Positions 26,541-36,881 of a stretch of DNA of 60,150 bases are shown one piece after another. The translations under genes and the position numbers were made by a program. The stretch is taken from assembly GCA_021824345.1 (NCBI GenBank), contig JAKAKW010000003.1, positions 1-60,150 of the forward strand. Direction: 5' to 3'. Below the pieces are notes generated by a model. That model was not told where the DNA came from. It saw only the letters and a program-made list of their open reading frames with translations, and did not search any database. Numbering within the stretch: position 1 is the first letter of the stretch; each line of letters opens with the position of its first letter. Source of the DNA: a bacterium (GTDB lineage: Bacteria; Patescibacteriota; Minisyncoccia; Phycocordibacterales; UBA9973).

Positions 26541-27395
26541 ATGAAATTTTATTCTCCATTAAGATACCCAGGTGGAAAAAATAAATTGGCAAAATTTATT
26601 TCTTTAATTTGCGTAAGAAATAATATTAATGGCCATTATGTAGAACCGTACGCTGGCGGTGCATCCGTTGCTCTATATCTTTTAATGAATGGTTATGTTG
26701 ATAAAATAACCATTAATGATAAAGACAGGGCAATTTACGCTTTCTGGTATTCAGTTCTCCATTATAATGAAAAACTTTGCAACAAAATTAAAACAACGCC
26801 AGTCACAATGGAAAGTTGGGAAAAATATAAAAAAATATACGATAACAAGAAATATGAATCATTGTTTGATTTAGGTTTCGCAACCTTCTTTTTAAATAGG
26901 ACAAATCATTCGGGAATCATTGATGGCGGGGTGATAGGTGGCAAAGATCAAAAAGGAAATTATAAAATCGATTGCAGATTTAATAAAAAAGATTTGATAA
27001 GGAGAATAAAACTTATTGCGAAATACAAAAGTAAAATTAACTTATCAAATTTGGACGCCTTGGATTTAGTGAAAGAAATAAAGAAACAGAGTGAAAAACA
27101 AAACACAATATTTTATTTTGATCCGCCATATTATCTAAAAGGTCCATCATTGTATATGAATCATTATAAGCAAATTGACCACAAGAAAGTAAGTAAAAAA
27201 ATTCAGAATATAAAGGGTATAAGATGGATTGTCTCTTATGACAACGTTCCGGAGATTGAAAAATTATATTCTCGTTCAAGAAAAAAGGAGTATTCTTTTT
27301 TCCATACAGCGCAGGAAATAAAAAAAGCAGAGGAATTTCTATTTTTCAGCAGAGATTTAATTATTCCTAGAATTTTAGAGCCGACAAAAGTATGA
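26541..27395 (+). CDS. D12-class (Dam-like) N6-adenine DNA methyltransferase
   Basis: SPLRYPGGK, EPYAGG, YFDPPYY. Confidence 0.93.
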   Translation: MKFYSPLRYPGGKNKLAKFISLICVRNNINGHYVEPYAGGASVALYLLMNGYVDKITINDKDRAIYAFWYSVLHYNEKLCNKIKTTPVTMESWEKYKKIYDNKKYESLFDLGFATFFLNRTNHSGIIDGGVIGGKDQKGNYKIDCRFNKKDLIRRIKLIAKYKSKINLSNLDALDLVKEIKKQSEKQNTIFYFDPPYYLKGPSLYMNHYKQIDHKKVSKKIQNIKGIRWIVSYDNVPEIEKLYSRSRKKEYSFFHTAQEIKKAEEFLFFSRDLIIPRILEPTKV

Positions 27396-27423
27396 GAAAA
27401 CACAAAAATTCCAGTCTAATTTT

Positions 27424-27471
27424 TTCTCGTAATCGGTAAAATCGCTAAAGCGATTTTACCGATTACGAGAA
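27424..27471. repeat. Perfect 23-bp inverted repeat with a 2-nt spacer
   Basis: TTCTCGTAATCGGTAAAATCGCT-AA-AGCGATTTTACCGATTACGAGAA. Confidence 0.9.
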
Positions 27472-27566
27472 CGAATGTCAAGCAAAGCATTACGGTTGAT
27501 ATAGGTATAGATGATTTACTGAAAAGCATAAAATTTTTAACTGAATATATTTTATCAAAGAAAAAG

Positions 27567-30164
27567 ATGAAATTCAAATTTTCAAAAAACCTTGATTTCC
27601 AGCTTGACGCGATAAAAGCAATCGCTGACCTTTTTGATACGGGGAAGAATATTGTCCAGGCGGGCTCCTCTTTTGATTTGCAAAGCCTCTCGCCGGTTAT
27701 CGCAAACAGACTGGAAATTGATACCGGCCGAATTCTGAAGAATCTTCAGGTCATTCAGAAAAATAACAATATTGAACAGTCGGAAAATGTGAATTCTTTT
27801 GATTTTTCCGTTGAAATGGAAACAGGGACGGGGAAGACGTACGTGTATTTGCGCACCATTCTTGAGTTGAACAAAAAATACGGGCTGAAGAAGTTTATAA
27901 TTTTGGTGCCTTCCGTAGCCATTCGAGAAGGTGTGTTGAAAACAATTGAGCAGACAAAAGAACATTTTCGGGAGATTTACAACATAGGCTTCGGATATTT
28001 TGCCTATGATTCGGACAAGCTAAGCAAGGTAAGGGAATTTGTAAGTTCAAATGATGTACAGATAATGATCATGACCATACAGTCCTTTAATACCGATACG
28101 AATATCATGCGGCAGACCCCGGACCGTTTTCATGGAGACAGGCCGATTGACCTAGTGGCGGAAACGAAGCCGGTGGTAATCATGGATGAACCGCAGAATA
28201 TGGAATCGGAACTTGCAAAGGCTTCTATTTCCGACCTTAATCCGCTATTTAAGCTGCGTTATAGCGCAACTCATAGAGAAATTCATAATTTAGTTTATCG
28301 GCTTACTCCCGTTGACGCGTATAGAAGAGGACTAGTGAAAAAGATAGCGGTCTGCGGGGTAAAGGAAAGCGACCCGGGCGCTTTTATTTTTAAAGTGAAG
28401 GATATCATAACCAAAAGAGGAGAAAACCCCAAAGCAAAAGTAATTATTGAGGTGAAAAATGCAAACGGTGAGTATGGAGAAAAAGAAATTACCATAACGG
28501 CCGGAGACGATATTTTTAGGAAATCCAAGCAGAACCCGAAATACCACGACATTTTTGTGGAGGATGTGAATGCTACCCATGCGAGAGTAGAACTTTCTGA
28601 TGGAAAATTCTATGAACTAGAAGAAATGACGGAAGACAAGGAACTGATTTTCCGTACCCAAATCAAGGAAACTATCAAAGCGCATTTTGACAAACAGGAA
28701 GAAGTCGGAGATGAAATAAAAGTGCTTTCACTTTTTTTCATAGACAAGGTGGATAACTATGTGCACGAAGACAGCTTGATCCGTAAATTATTTATTGAAG
28801 AATTTAACAGACTGAAGAGAAATTATGACCGATTTAAAAAACTGGATGCAGAATCGGTTCATAAAGGATATTTTGCAAGCAAAAAAACAAAGGGAGTTGT
28901 TGAATATCAAGACAGTACCACTGGGGCTGCCAAGGCGGATAAAGAAGCTTATGATTTGATAATGAAAAACAAGGAACAACTCCTATCCTTTAGTGAGCCT
29001 GTTTCTTTTATATTCTCGCATTCCGCCCTAAAAGAAGGATGGGATAATCCAAACATTTTCCAGATATGTACTCTTCGCGAGACGAGGTCGGAAATGAAAA
29101 AAAGGCAAGAAATAGGCCGGGGATTGCGATTGCCTGTGGATATAAACGGAGACCGGGTAGAGAACCAAGATATAAATATTTTGACTGTGGTGGCTAATTC
29201 AAGCTACGAAGAATATGCTAACGGGCTTCAGGAAGAATTCAATGAGGCCGGATATACTGGAGAAATACGTCCGAGGAACGCGAAAGAAAAGAAAATAACT
29301 GTAAAGACCACGAAGTATCTAGTTTCGGAAGAATTTAAAGAATTATGGAAAAAAATCAGTAACCGAACGAAGTTTAGCTTGGAAGTGCTGACGGATAAAC
29401 TTATTAAGAACTCTGTAGAGAAAATAAATAAATTAGATATACGCAAAATCGTAGTTAGTGTGGAAAAAGGGGAGATTCATTTCAATGAGCTTGGACAAAT
29501 AAGCAGTAGTCGGGAAAATACTTCCATAGGACAGAGAATAGAAAGATATACCGCTGTCGGGAATTTCATTGATCGTATAGCTTCAGAAACCAGTATAACC
29601 CGAAAAACAATTTTTAATATTATTTCTAAGGTAAATAATCTATATCTCATATTTGAAAATCCAGAAGAATATATACGGAGCGTAATTTTGACAATTAAAG
29701 CCGAACTGAACGATATGCTTGTGAGTGAGGGATTAAAGTATATTCCTACAGGAGAAGTATGGGAAATAAAATTATTATTTTCCGATTTTGAGGCATTACC
29801 TAGCAGAAGTATAAAAAGCGAAAGATCCGTTTTTGAAAGAACTGTCTTTGACAGTAAGGGCGAAGAGGAATTTGCAAGAAATTTGGAACAAAATTCACAT
29901 ATAAAAGTATATACAAAGCTACCCCGAGGTTTTGTAGTAGATACTCCTCTTGGCTCTTATATACCCGACTGGGCTATTGTGTATAAAACGCCTGAAGGAG
30001 AGAAATTGTATCTTGTGCGAGAAACAAAGTTTGATTATGAAAATCTTGAGCGAGAGCTTACCTGGGAAGAAAAACAGAAAATAAAATGCGCGGAGAAGCA
30101 TTTTGCCGCCATAAAAGTGGATTATAAAGTTTCCGTCAAAAAAGATTTAAGCGATTTGAGATAA
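27567..30164 (+). CDS. res: Type III R-M Res subunit (helicase plus endonuclease)
   Basis: METGTGKT, MDEPQ, LKEGWDNPNIFQICTL, QEIGRGLRL; C-terminal YIPDWAIV. Confidence 0.93.
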   Translation: MKFKFSKNLDFQLDAIKAIADLFDTGKNIVQAGSSFDLQSLSPVIANRLEIDTGRILKNLQVIQKNNNIEQSENVNSFDFSVEMETGTGKTYVYLRTILELNKKYGLKKFIILVPSVAIREGVLKTIEQTKEHFREIYNIGFGYFAYDSDKLSKVREFVSSNDVQIMIMTIQSFNTDTNIMRQTPDRFHGDRPIDLVAETKPVVIMDEPQNMESELAKASISDLNPLFKLRYSATHREIHNLVYRLTPVDAYRRGLVKKIAVCGVKESDPGAFIFKVKDIITKRGENPKAKVIIEVKNANGEYGEKEITITAGDDIFRKSKQNPKYHDIFVEDVNATHARVELSDGKFYELEEMTEDKELIFRTQIKETIKAHFDKQEEVGDEIKVLSLFFIDKVDNYVHEDSLIRKLFIEEFNRLKRNYDRFKKLDAESVHKGYFASKKTKGVVEYQDSTTGAAKADKEAYDLIMKNKEQLLSFSEPVSFIFSHSALKEGWDNPNIFQICTLRETRSEMKKRQEIGRGLRLPVDINGDRVENQDINILTVVANSSYEEYANGLQEEFNEAGYTGEIRPRNAKEKKITVKTTKYLVSEEFKELWKKISNRTKFSLEVLTDKLIKNSVEKINKLDIRKIVVSVEKGEIHFNELGQISSSRENTSIGQRIERYTAVGNFIDRIASETSITRKTIFNIISKVNNLYLIFENPEEYIRSVILTIKAELNDMLVSEGLKYIPTGEVWEIKLLFSDFEALPSRSIKSERSVFERTVFDSKGEEEFARNLEQNSHIKVYTKLPRGFVVDTPLGSYIPDWAIVYKTPEGEKLYLVRETKFDYENLERELTWEEKQKIKCAEKHFAAIKVDYKVSVKKDLSDLR

Positions 30165-30167
30165 ATT

Positions 30168-30530
30168 ATGAATTTTAATCCCTTCACCCCCGCCGAAAAA
30201 CGCATAATCATAGACAAAGGCACGGAAGCGCCTTTCACCGGAGAATATGTGAACAATAAAGAAACGGGCGTTTACGTTTGCCGGCAGTGCGGGGCGCCGC
30301 TATACGATTCCAAGATGAAGTTTGAGTCCACTTGCGGGTGGCCGAGCTTTGACGACGAGATTCCGGGAGCAATTCACAAAAGTCTGGATACTGACGGCAT
30401 GCGCACAGAGATAACTTGCGCCAAGTGCGGAGGGCATCTTGGGCATCTTTTCACCGGCGAAGGCTTGACCGAGAAGAACATCCGCCACTGCGTGAATTCC
30501 ATTTCCATGAAGTTTATTCCGGGGAAATAA
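30168..30530 (+). CDS. msrB: Peptide-methionine (R)-S-oxide reductase
   Basis: [32 protein letters not shown]. Confidence 0.97.
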   Translation: MNFNPFTPAEKRIIIDKGTEAPFTGEYVNNKETGVYVCRQCGAPLYDSKMKFESTCGWPSFDDEIPGAIHKSLDTDGMRTEITCAKCGGHLGHLFTGEGLTEKNIRHCVNSISMKFIPGK

Positions 30531-30541
30531 TCATAAAGCGG

Positions 30542-30632
30542 GCGCCGGGCGTGGCAAGGTAAATTAAAGGACTCGGCGGATTTGGTTCAGCATACCGAGC
30601 CCTTTACCCGACCCACGGGCACGACAAACCTT
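30542..30632 (-). ncRNA. Candidate orphan long-hairpin RNA
   Basis: About 80-nt irregular hairpin whose non-Watson-Crick pairs are G.U only on the minus strand; minus-strand TATAAT at 30644-30639. Confidence 0.45.
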
Positions 30633-30670
30633 AAGCATATTATACTTCTTTAGGTGATATAATCCTAAGT

Positions 30671-30802
30671 ATGGATGAAGAACTATTTGAATTTGCCAAA
30701 GAAAACGATCTGGAATACGACGAGGCGCTGGAGGTCCGGGATTTTGCCGATGAAGAAGGACTTGATCTGGACGAGGCATACGAGCTTTGGCAGGAAATGT
30801 GA
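30671..30802 (+). CDS. 43-aa highly acidic microprotein (not in ORF track)
   Basis: MDEELFEFAKENDLEYDEALEVRDFADEEGLDLDEAYELWQEM; extended -10 TGATATAAT just upstream. Confidence 0.7.
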   Translation: MDEELFEFAKENDLEYDEALEVRDFADEEGLDLDEAYELWQEM

Positions 30803-30889
30803 GTTTCCGGGAAATTTTGCCTTATGCGCAAGCATCTAAACATTAGAATATTCGGGCGGGTGCACGACGTGAATTTTCGTTCGGCCTCA

Positions 30890-30964
30890 AGAAAAGCAGC
30901 CCTCCTTGCGGAGGGCTGCCCTTGGATGTAATACCCTTAGAGTTTTATGGAAAAACTCCAAGAC
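30890..30964 (-). ncRNA. Candidate orphan sRNA of about 75 nt
   Basis: Minus-strand TTGACT-17-TATAAT (30999-30971); 10-bp terminator stem 30896-30919 plus UUUU; no AUG inside. Confidence 0.55.
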
Positions 30965-31001
30965 ACGCGTATTATATACTTTTAAAGGTCCGAAGTCAAA
31001 G

Positions 31002-31010
31002 TTATCCACA
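31002..31010 (+). promoter_or_regulatory. Consensus DnaA box
   Basis: TTATCCACA, 2 nt from the -35 of the minus-strand promoter. Confidence 0.55.
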
Positions 31011-31048
31011 TTAATAAAGAGAGATAAGATAAATGTTATAATCTCCCC

Positions 31049-31798
31049 ATGTCCCAATACTACAAATCATCTCGCGGTCCCGCTTGGAACTACGGCGGAA
31101 AGAACTGGAAGCTTTCCCGCAGTAAAATAGATCTCTTTCTTGAATGTCCCCGCTGTTTCTATCTGGATAATAAGCTTGGGGTAAAGCGCGTGCCCGGCTT
31201 TCCGTTTTCCTTAAACAGCGCGGTAGACCATCTCTTGAAACAAGAATTTGATTTTCATCGCGCTCGCGGAGAGCAGCATCCCTTGCAGAAAGAATACGGC
31301 ATAGACGCGATTCCCGCTCCGCATGAAGAGCTTGATACTTGGCGGGAAAATTTCAAGGGAGTGCAGTACATGCACGAGCCCACTGGAATGCTGGTGAGCG
31401 GGGCCATAGACGACCTTTGGATCAACGGCAAGGGCGAGTACATCGTGGTGGATTACAAGTCCACTGCCAAAGAGGAAGCGGTGACGGAGCTTGATAAGGA
31501 ATGGCAGGACGGCTACAAGCGCCAGATGGAAGTGTATCAGTGGCTCTTGCGGCAAAACGGCTTGAAAGTCTCGGACACCGGATACTTTGTGTACTGCACG
31601 GGGCGCCTGGACCGGAAGGCGTTTGACAAAAAGATTGAGTTTGACGTGAATCTGATTCCCTACGAAGGGGACGATTCGTGGGTGGAAGGAACGCTTGCCG
31701 ACATCAAAGAGTGTTTGGAAGGGGAGGAAATCCCCGCTTCCGGTTCAAGCTGTGACTGGTGCGCGTACGCGAGCGCAAGGAAGGGAGTGGAAGAATAG
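31049..31798 (+). CDS. PD-(D/E)XK (RecB-like) nuclease family protein
   Basis: LSRSKIDLF.ECPRCFY, GAIDDLW, VVDYKST, QMEVY, C-terminal CDWC. Confidence 0.9.
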   Translation: MSQYYKSSRGPAWNYGGKNWKLSRSKIDLFLECPRCFYLDNKLGVKRVPGFPFSLNSAVDHLLKQEFDFHRARGEQHPLQKEYGIDAIPAPHEELDTWRENFKGVQYMHEPTGMLVSGAIDDLWINGKGEYIVVDYKSTAKEEAVTELDKEWQDGYKRQMEVYQWLLRQNGLKVSDTGYFVYCTGRLDRKAFDKKIEFDVNLIPYEGDDSWVEGTLADIKECLEGEEIPASGSSCDWCAYASARKGVEE

Positions 31799-31935
31799 GA
31801 AACGTTGCATGAGAAAGCCGGACTACTTCTTGCGGAGTTTCTTTTTGGGTGTTGACAACTAGTGGGGCGAGTGGTAATTTGAAATGAGATTTGAAAATTA
31901 AATAACTATTTTTTAATTATTTCCCGGAGGAAGAA

Positions 31936-32289
31936 ATGTTCTATATTTGCAGATCAGCAGGAGAAGTTATCGGTACCAAGATAACTTTTCAAAGTACTTT
32001 TGGAGTTCTTTGGGGAGAAGTAATAAAAATTGCCCAAGAAGGAAAAAATTTTTCCCTTCTTGAAAATTGTTCAGTGTATTGGGTGGGGCGAGGTGTAAAT
32101 ATTGATTTTTACACTATGGTCCGGATTGCGGATAAATTCGGAATTCTAAAGGGGAAGACAGTTATACAGCCTAAGGGAACCATATCCGATGATCTCCTTT
32201 TCCAAGAAATTAAGGAGATCAAAAAAAATCTCGGAAAAAAATTAAACAAAAAATTCTTGCGGGAAGAATTTTTTGCAAGGATGAAATAA
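31936..32289 (+). CDS. AT-rich ORFan
   Basis: TTGACA promoter upstream; GGAGG SD at 31926-30. Confidence 0.55.
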   Translation: MFYICRSAGEVIGTKITFQSTFGVLWGEVIKIAQEGKNFSLLENCSVYWVGRGVNIDFYTMVRIADKFGILKGKTVIQPKGTISDDLLFQEIKEIKKNLGKKLNKKFLREEFFARMK

Positions 32290-32308
32290 AAATAGATACG
32301 GAGGATTT

Positions 32309-32539
32309 ATGGAAAATGTTCAAATCCCAAAACAGAAACTTTCCATTGAAGACGTGAAAAGTCTCTGTCAAAGTTTGCCGTTCCCCACGGCAAAGAAAGT
32401 TCTTCAATTCTCTTTTACCATTTCCCAAAACGAATTGTGGAAATTGGTAAAAGAAGCCAACTCCAGCCGGCAAATTCCTGGCGGAGTTACATTTTTTCTT
32501 AGCAATACTGGCGATTGCGCCAGTTTCTACTGTTTATAA
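32309..32539 (+). CDS. Small AT-rich ORFan
   Basis: GGAGG SD at 32300-04; followed by the hairpin GATCCC...GGGATC-TTTT. Confidence 0.5.
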   Translation: MENVQIPKQKLSIEDVKSLCQSLPFPTAKKVLQFSFTISQNELWKLVKEANSSRQIPGGVTFFLSNTGDCASFYCL

Positions 32540-32613
32540 AAAAGTTTGTGATCCCTGGATATTCCGGGGATCTTTTATTTTTGGTATAATATAAAGGTCA
32601 ATATTTTAATGCC

Positions 32614-33009
32614 ATGCAAACCGCCGTTTGGTACGCATCCTTAATAAAGCCGTCATTTGCCCCGCCCGCTTGGGTTTTTGGGCCGGTGTGGAGCGTGCTT
32701 TATGTTTTGATCATAATCTCTTTCGGCGCGCTCTTTATCAAAGCCATAAAGAGGGAAGTGCCGCGCTGGACGGCCCTGCCCTTTATTCTTAATCTCGCTT
32801 TCAATCTGCTCTTCAGTCCGATCCAATTCGGGCTGCAGAATAATTTTCTAGCCATGCTGGATATACTTTTAGTGCTCGGAACTTTGATTTGGGCCATGGC
32901 GGCAGTCTGGCGCAAGGTAAGATGGATCGCTCTCGTAAACATTCCGTATCTCTTGTGGGTGCTCTTTGCCACGGTCCTGCAGGTAAGCATTACTGTTTTG
33001 AATCGGTAG
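32614..33009 (+). CDS. tspO: TspO/MBR family protein
   Basis: WYASLIKPSFAPPAWVFGPVW, LIPYLLWV.FAT. Confidence 0.95.
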   Translation: MQTAVWYASLIKPSFAPPAWVFGPVWSVLYVLIIISFGALFIKAIKREVPRWTALPFILNLAFNLLFSPIQFGLQNNFLAMLDILLVLGTLIWAMAAVWRKVRWIALVNIPYLLWVLFATVLQVSITVLNR

Positions 33010-33116
33010 TATTTTTCGCAAAATAGTCATGCCCTTTACATTTTATCAAAAAATGGTAATTTGGGAGTAAATAATTTTTCATTGAAATAAGCTTCACAAA
33101 ACCGAAGGAGGTAAGT

Positions 33117-33818
33117 ATGGAAGCAGTTACAGAAAATAGTTTTATCGGAAAATTCATGCCGATCTGGGAAGCCTCATTTCTTCTGGAGCATGTTTATCGA
33201 TGGGGAGGTGGTATTAGTAAAAATGGGAATGGTCTTCAGCCTACAGTTGTACATATTAACCAATTTCAGCAGTTTGCTGATGCTGCTTTAATAGTTATTA
33301 ATCCGTATTTTATCGAGAGAAAAAAATGTACACTTGATACAAGCCTTATCTTGCAGTGCGTTAAATTTCATGATAATGGGGAGACTCGGGGAGATACCTT
33401 GGCTAGGTTAAAAAACGAAAAAAGGGATTTAAAAGAATATAGGATTTTTATGAGATCAATATGCAAGCTTCCTGATCTCATTAAAAAAAGTTTTGAAGAA
33501 GCTTTTCTTCTTCAATTTTCTTTAAATATCCCGCAATCTTTTCCAAAACGGGCTAAAAAAATAATGAAAAAATTAGCAAAGGACAGATTTTACGAGGCCG
33601 TAGTATTTAAAGGATTGGAAAAGTTTGAATATCTTTTCTTCCCGATTTGGTCAAAAAACAGCGACTTACTTCGCAGAGTCATTTGGGACGAGATCGCTGA
33701 TTATAGATATTTTTCAGAAAAAATTCCCGGTTTTCGGGAAGAATTTTTCACAGAAGAACTAGAAAATTGGATGCTGGAGTGCATTTACCCTCTTCAGCAT
33801 TCCCTTCAATTTACATAG
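33117..33818 (+). CDS. Divergent HD-domain-like protein
   Basis: KFHDNGE and EAVVFKGLEKFE resemble YfbR-like HD hydrolases; GGAGG SD; terminator at about 33820-33855. Confidence 0.5.
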   Translation: MEAVTENSFIGKFMPIWEASFLLEHVYRWGGGISKNGNGLQPTVVHINQFQQFADAALIVINPYFIERKKCTLDTSLILQCVKFHDNGETRGDTLARLKNEKRDLKEYRIFMRSICKLPDLIKKSFEEAFLLQFSLNIPQSFPKRAKKIMKKLAKDRFYEAVVFKGLEKFEYLFFPIWSKNSDLLRRVIWDEIADYRYFSEKIPGFREEFFTEELENWMLECIYPLQHSLQFT

Positions 33819-33916
33819 CCTCTTGATGGAAAGTCTCCATTGAGAGGCTTTTCCATTTTTGGGGCGATTTTTGGGGCGATGCACGGCGCAAATTTCCATG
33901 CTATAATCTGTAGATT

Positions 33917-34498
33917 ATGAAAAAATCATCTTTAGCTTTGCTGGTGATCGCCGCGGTGGCGGTGGCGGTCGTTGCCAGTCTTGTATTCTTTAACAGCCCT
34001 GAATCCGCGACCAGCGAGCTCAAAGAGCCCCGGCAGGAAACAGGCGAAAATCCCGCCCAAACGCCCGCCAATACCGCGAACCAAACCGGCCAGGCAAACC
34101 AATCCGGCGCCGTTGCGGTCCTTTCCGGCGCAAAGTGTTTCTCCCGTTTGCAGAAAGCGACCGCGAGCGCTCCGTATACGGTGGACGAGAAGATCAAGCT
34201 TGATATAAGCGGGGAGAAAGTTACCGGAACAAAAAGCGGAACTCAAATCGGGCCGGACATGACCAACGGGTATACCGGCACGCTTGCCGGCACTTACAAA
34301 GACAACGTGATAGACGTTTTGTATTCATATACAGTTGAAGGATCGCAGAACAAGGAGCAGGAAGAATATGATGTGACCGCGAACGGCCTGGTGAAGAAGC
34401 GCTGGCCGCTCAAAGACGAGAATGGAATCCTGGTGCCGGACAAGACGCAGACATCAGCGGATATTACGTATAATTCTGTGGATTGTTCGACTATCTAG
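33917..34498 (+). CDS. Membrane-anchored/secreted hypothetical protein
   Basis: N-terminal TM, low-complexity linker, beta-rich domain. Confidence 0.75.
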   Translation: MKKSSLALLVIAAVAVAVVASLVFFNSPESATSELKEPRQETGENPAQTPANTANQTGQANQSGAVAVLSGAKCFSRLQKATASAPYTVDEKIKLDISGEKVTGTKSGTQIGPDMTNGYTGTLAGTYKDNVIDVLYSYTVEGSQNKEQEEYDVTANGLVKKRWPLKDENGILVPDKTQTSADITYNSVDCSTI

Positions 34499-34534
34499 CA
34501 AAAAAAGAATTTGCCGGTCTCATTAAAAAGAAGA

Positions 34535-34574
34535 AAAGCCTGTTTCTCTCCCTTTTATGAGAAACAGACTTTTT
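34535..34574. terminator. Bidirectional terminator-like hairpin
   Basis: CTGTTTCTC/GAGAAACAG stem with A- and T-runs on both sides. Confidence 0.6.
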
Positions 34575-34582
34575 AATTAGAA

Positions 34583-34672
34583 GTAGGTCCTTTTGGTCGT
34601 ACGACCAATTTGGAAGGAAACCCGGGCGGACGCCGTCCGGGGTCTGAAATTTTTTAAGTAAGATGGACCTAC
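34583..34672 (-). ncRNA. Candidate three-way-junction RNA (strand uncertain)
   Basis: Closing stem GTAGGTCC/GGACCTAC; inner TTGGTCGTACGACCAA palindrome and 9-bp GC hairpin 34621-41. Confidence 0.4.
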
Positions 34673-34794
34673 GCTCCGCAATATATCATAAACAAAAATA
34701 ATATCAAATTATAGATACTGGCCTCACTCCTTGCCATCAAGGAAAATTTGGCTATAATACACCACGTATTAGAAACTAATTTCATATTTTATAT

Positions 34795-35148
34795 ATGCCA
34801 AAAACAAAAGAAAAGTCCGGCCCAAAAGGCAGTAAGGCCGGCGGAAAAAGCGTAAATGTCATTCCGGTCGGGGCTCGCGTACTGGTGGAGCCCGAAGAGG
34901 AGAAAAAACAAAAAGATAAGACCGAATCAGGGATATATATTCCGGAAAGCAATTCGTCCGAGAAACCCGAGCGCGGAAAAGTGATCGCGGTGGGCGAGGG
35001 AGAATACCAGGACGGAAAGCTCATACCGCTCAAGGTAAAAGTCGGAGACAAAGTAATCTTTTCCAAGTACGGTTACGATGAGATAAAAGTGGACGAGAAG
35101 AAATACTTTGTGATCAAGGAAGAAAATATTTTAGCAGTAATCAAGTAA
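34795..35148 (+). CDS. groES: Co-chaperonin GroES
   Basis: PVGARVLV, KTESGIYIP, GKVIAVG, VIFSKY. Confidence 0.97.
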   Translation: MPKTKEKSGPKGSKAGGKSVNVIPVGARVLVEPEEEKKQKDKTESGIYIPESNSSEKPERGKVIAVGEGEYQDGKLIPLKVKVGDKVIFSKYGYDEIKVDEKKYFVIKEENILAVIK

Positions 35149-35153
35149 TGCAA

Positions 35154-36845
<1,692 letters not shown>

Positions 36846-36855
36846 GATTTGGAAG

Positions 36856-36876
36856 GGCGGAGGGTTACCCTCCGCC
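36856..36876. repeat. REP-like palindrome family 1, copy 1
   Basis: GGCGGAGGGT-T-ACCCTCCGCC. Confidence 0.85.
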
Positions 36877-36881
36877 TAAAA

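Noticed and set aside
30542-30622. SRP (4.5S) RNA
   Set aside because: It lacks the CAGG...GNRA...AGCAG helix-8 motif on both strands.
30920-30964. Fluoride riboswitch (UGGAGUU..CCAUAAA resemblance)
   Set aside because: The 5' GGCGA and pseudoknot UAAUGACUCC elements are missing, and there is no downstream gene.
143-31010. oriC inferred from DnaA-like boxes at 143, 7543 and 31002
   Set aside because: The boxes are isolated singles, not clustered, and no dnaA is in the window.
31049-31798. cas4 of a CRISPR system
   Set aside because: No cas1/cas2 or array, and the Cys pattern differs from Cas4.
34680-34795. CIRCE/HrcA operator upstream of groES
   Set aside because: No TTAGCACTC-N9-GAGTGCTAA or close variant.
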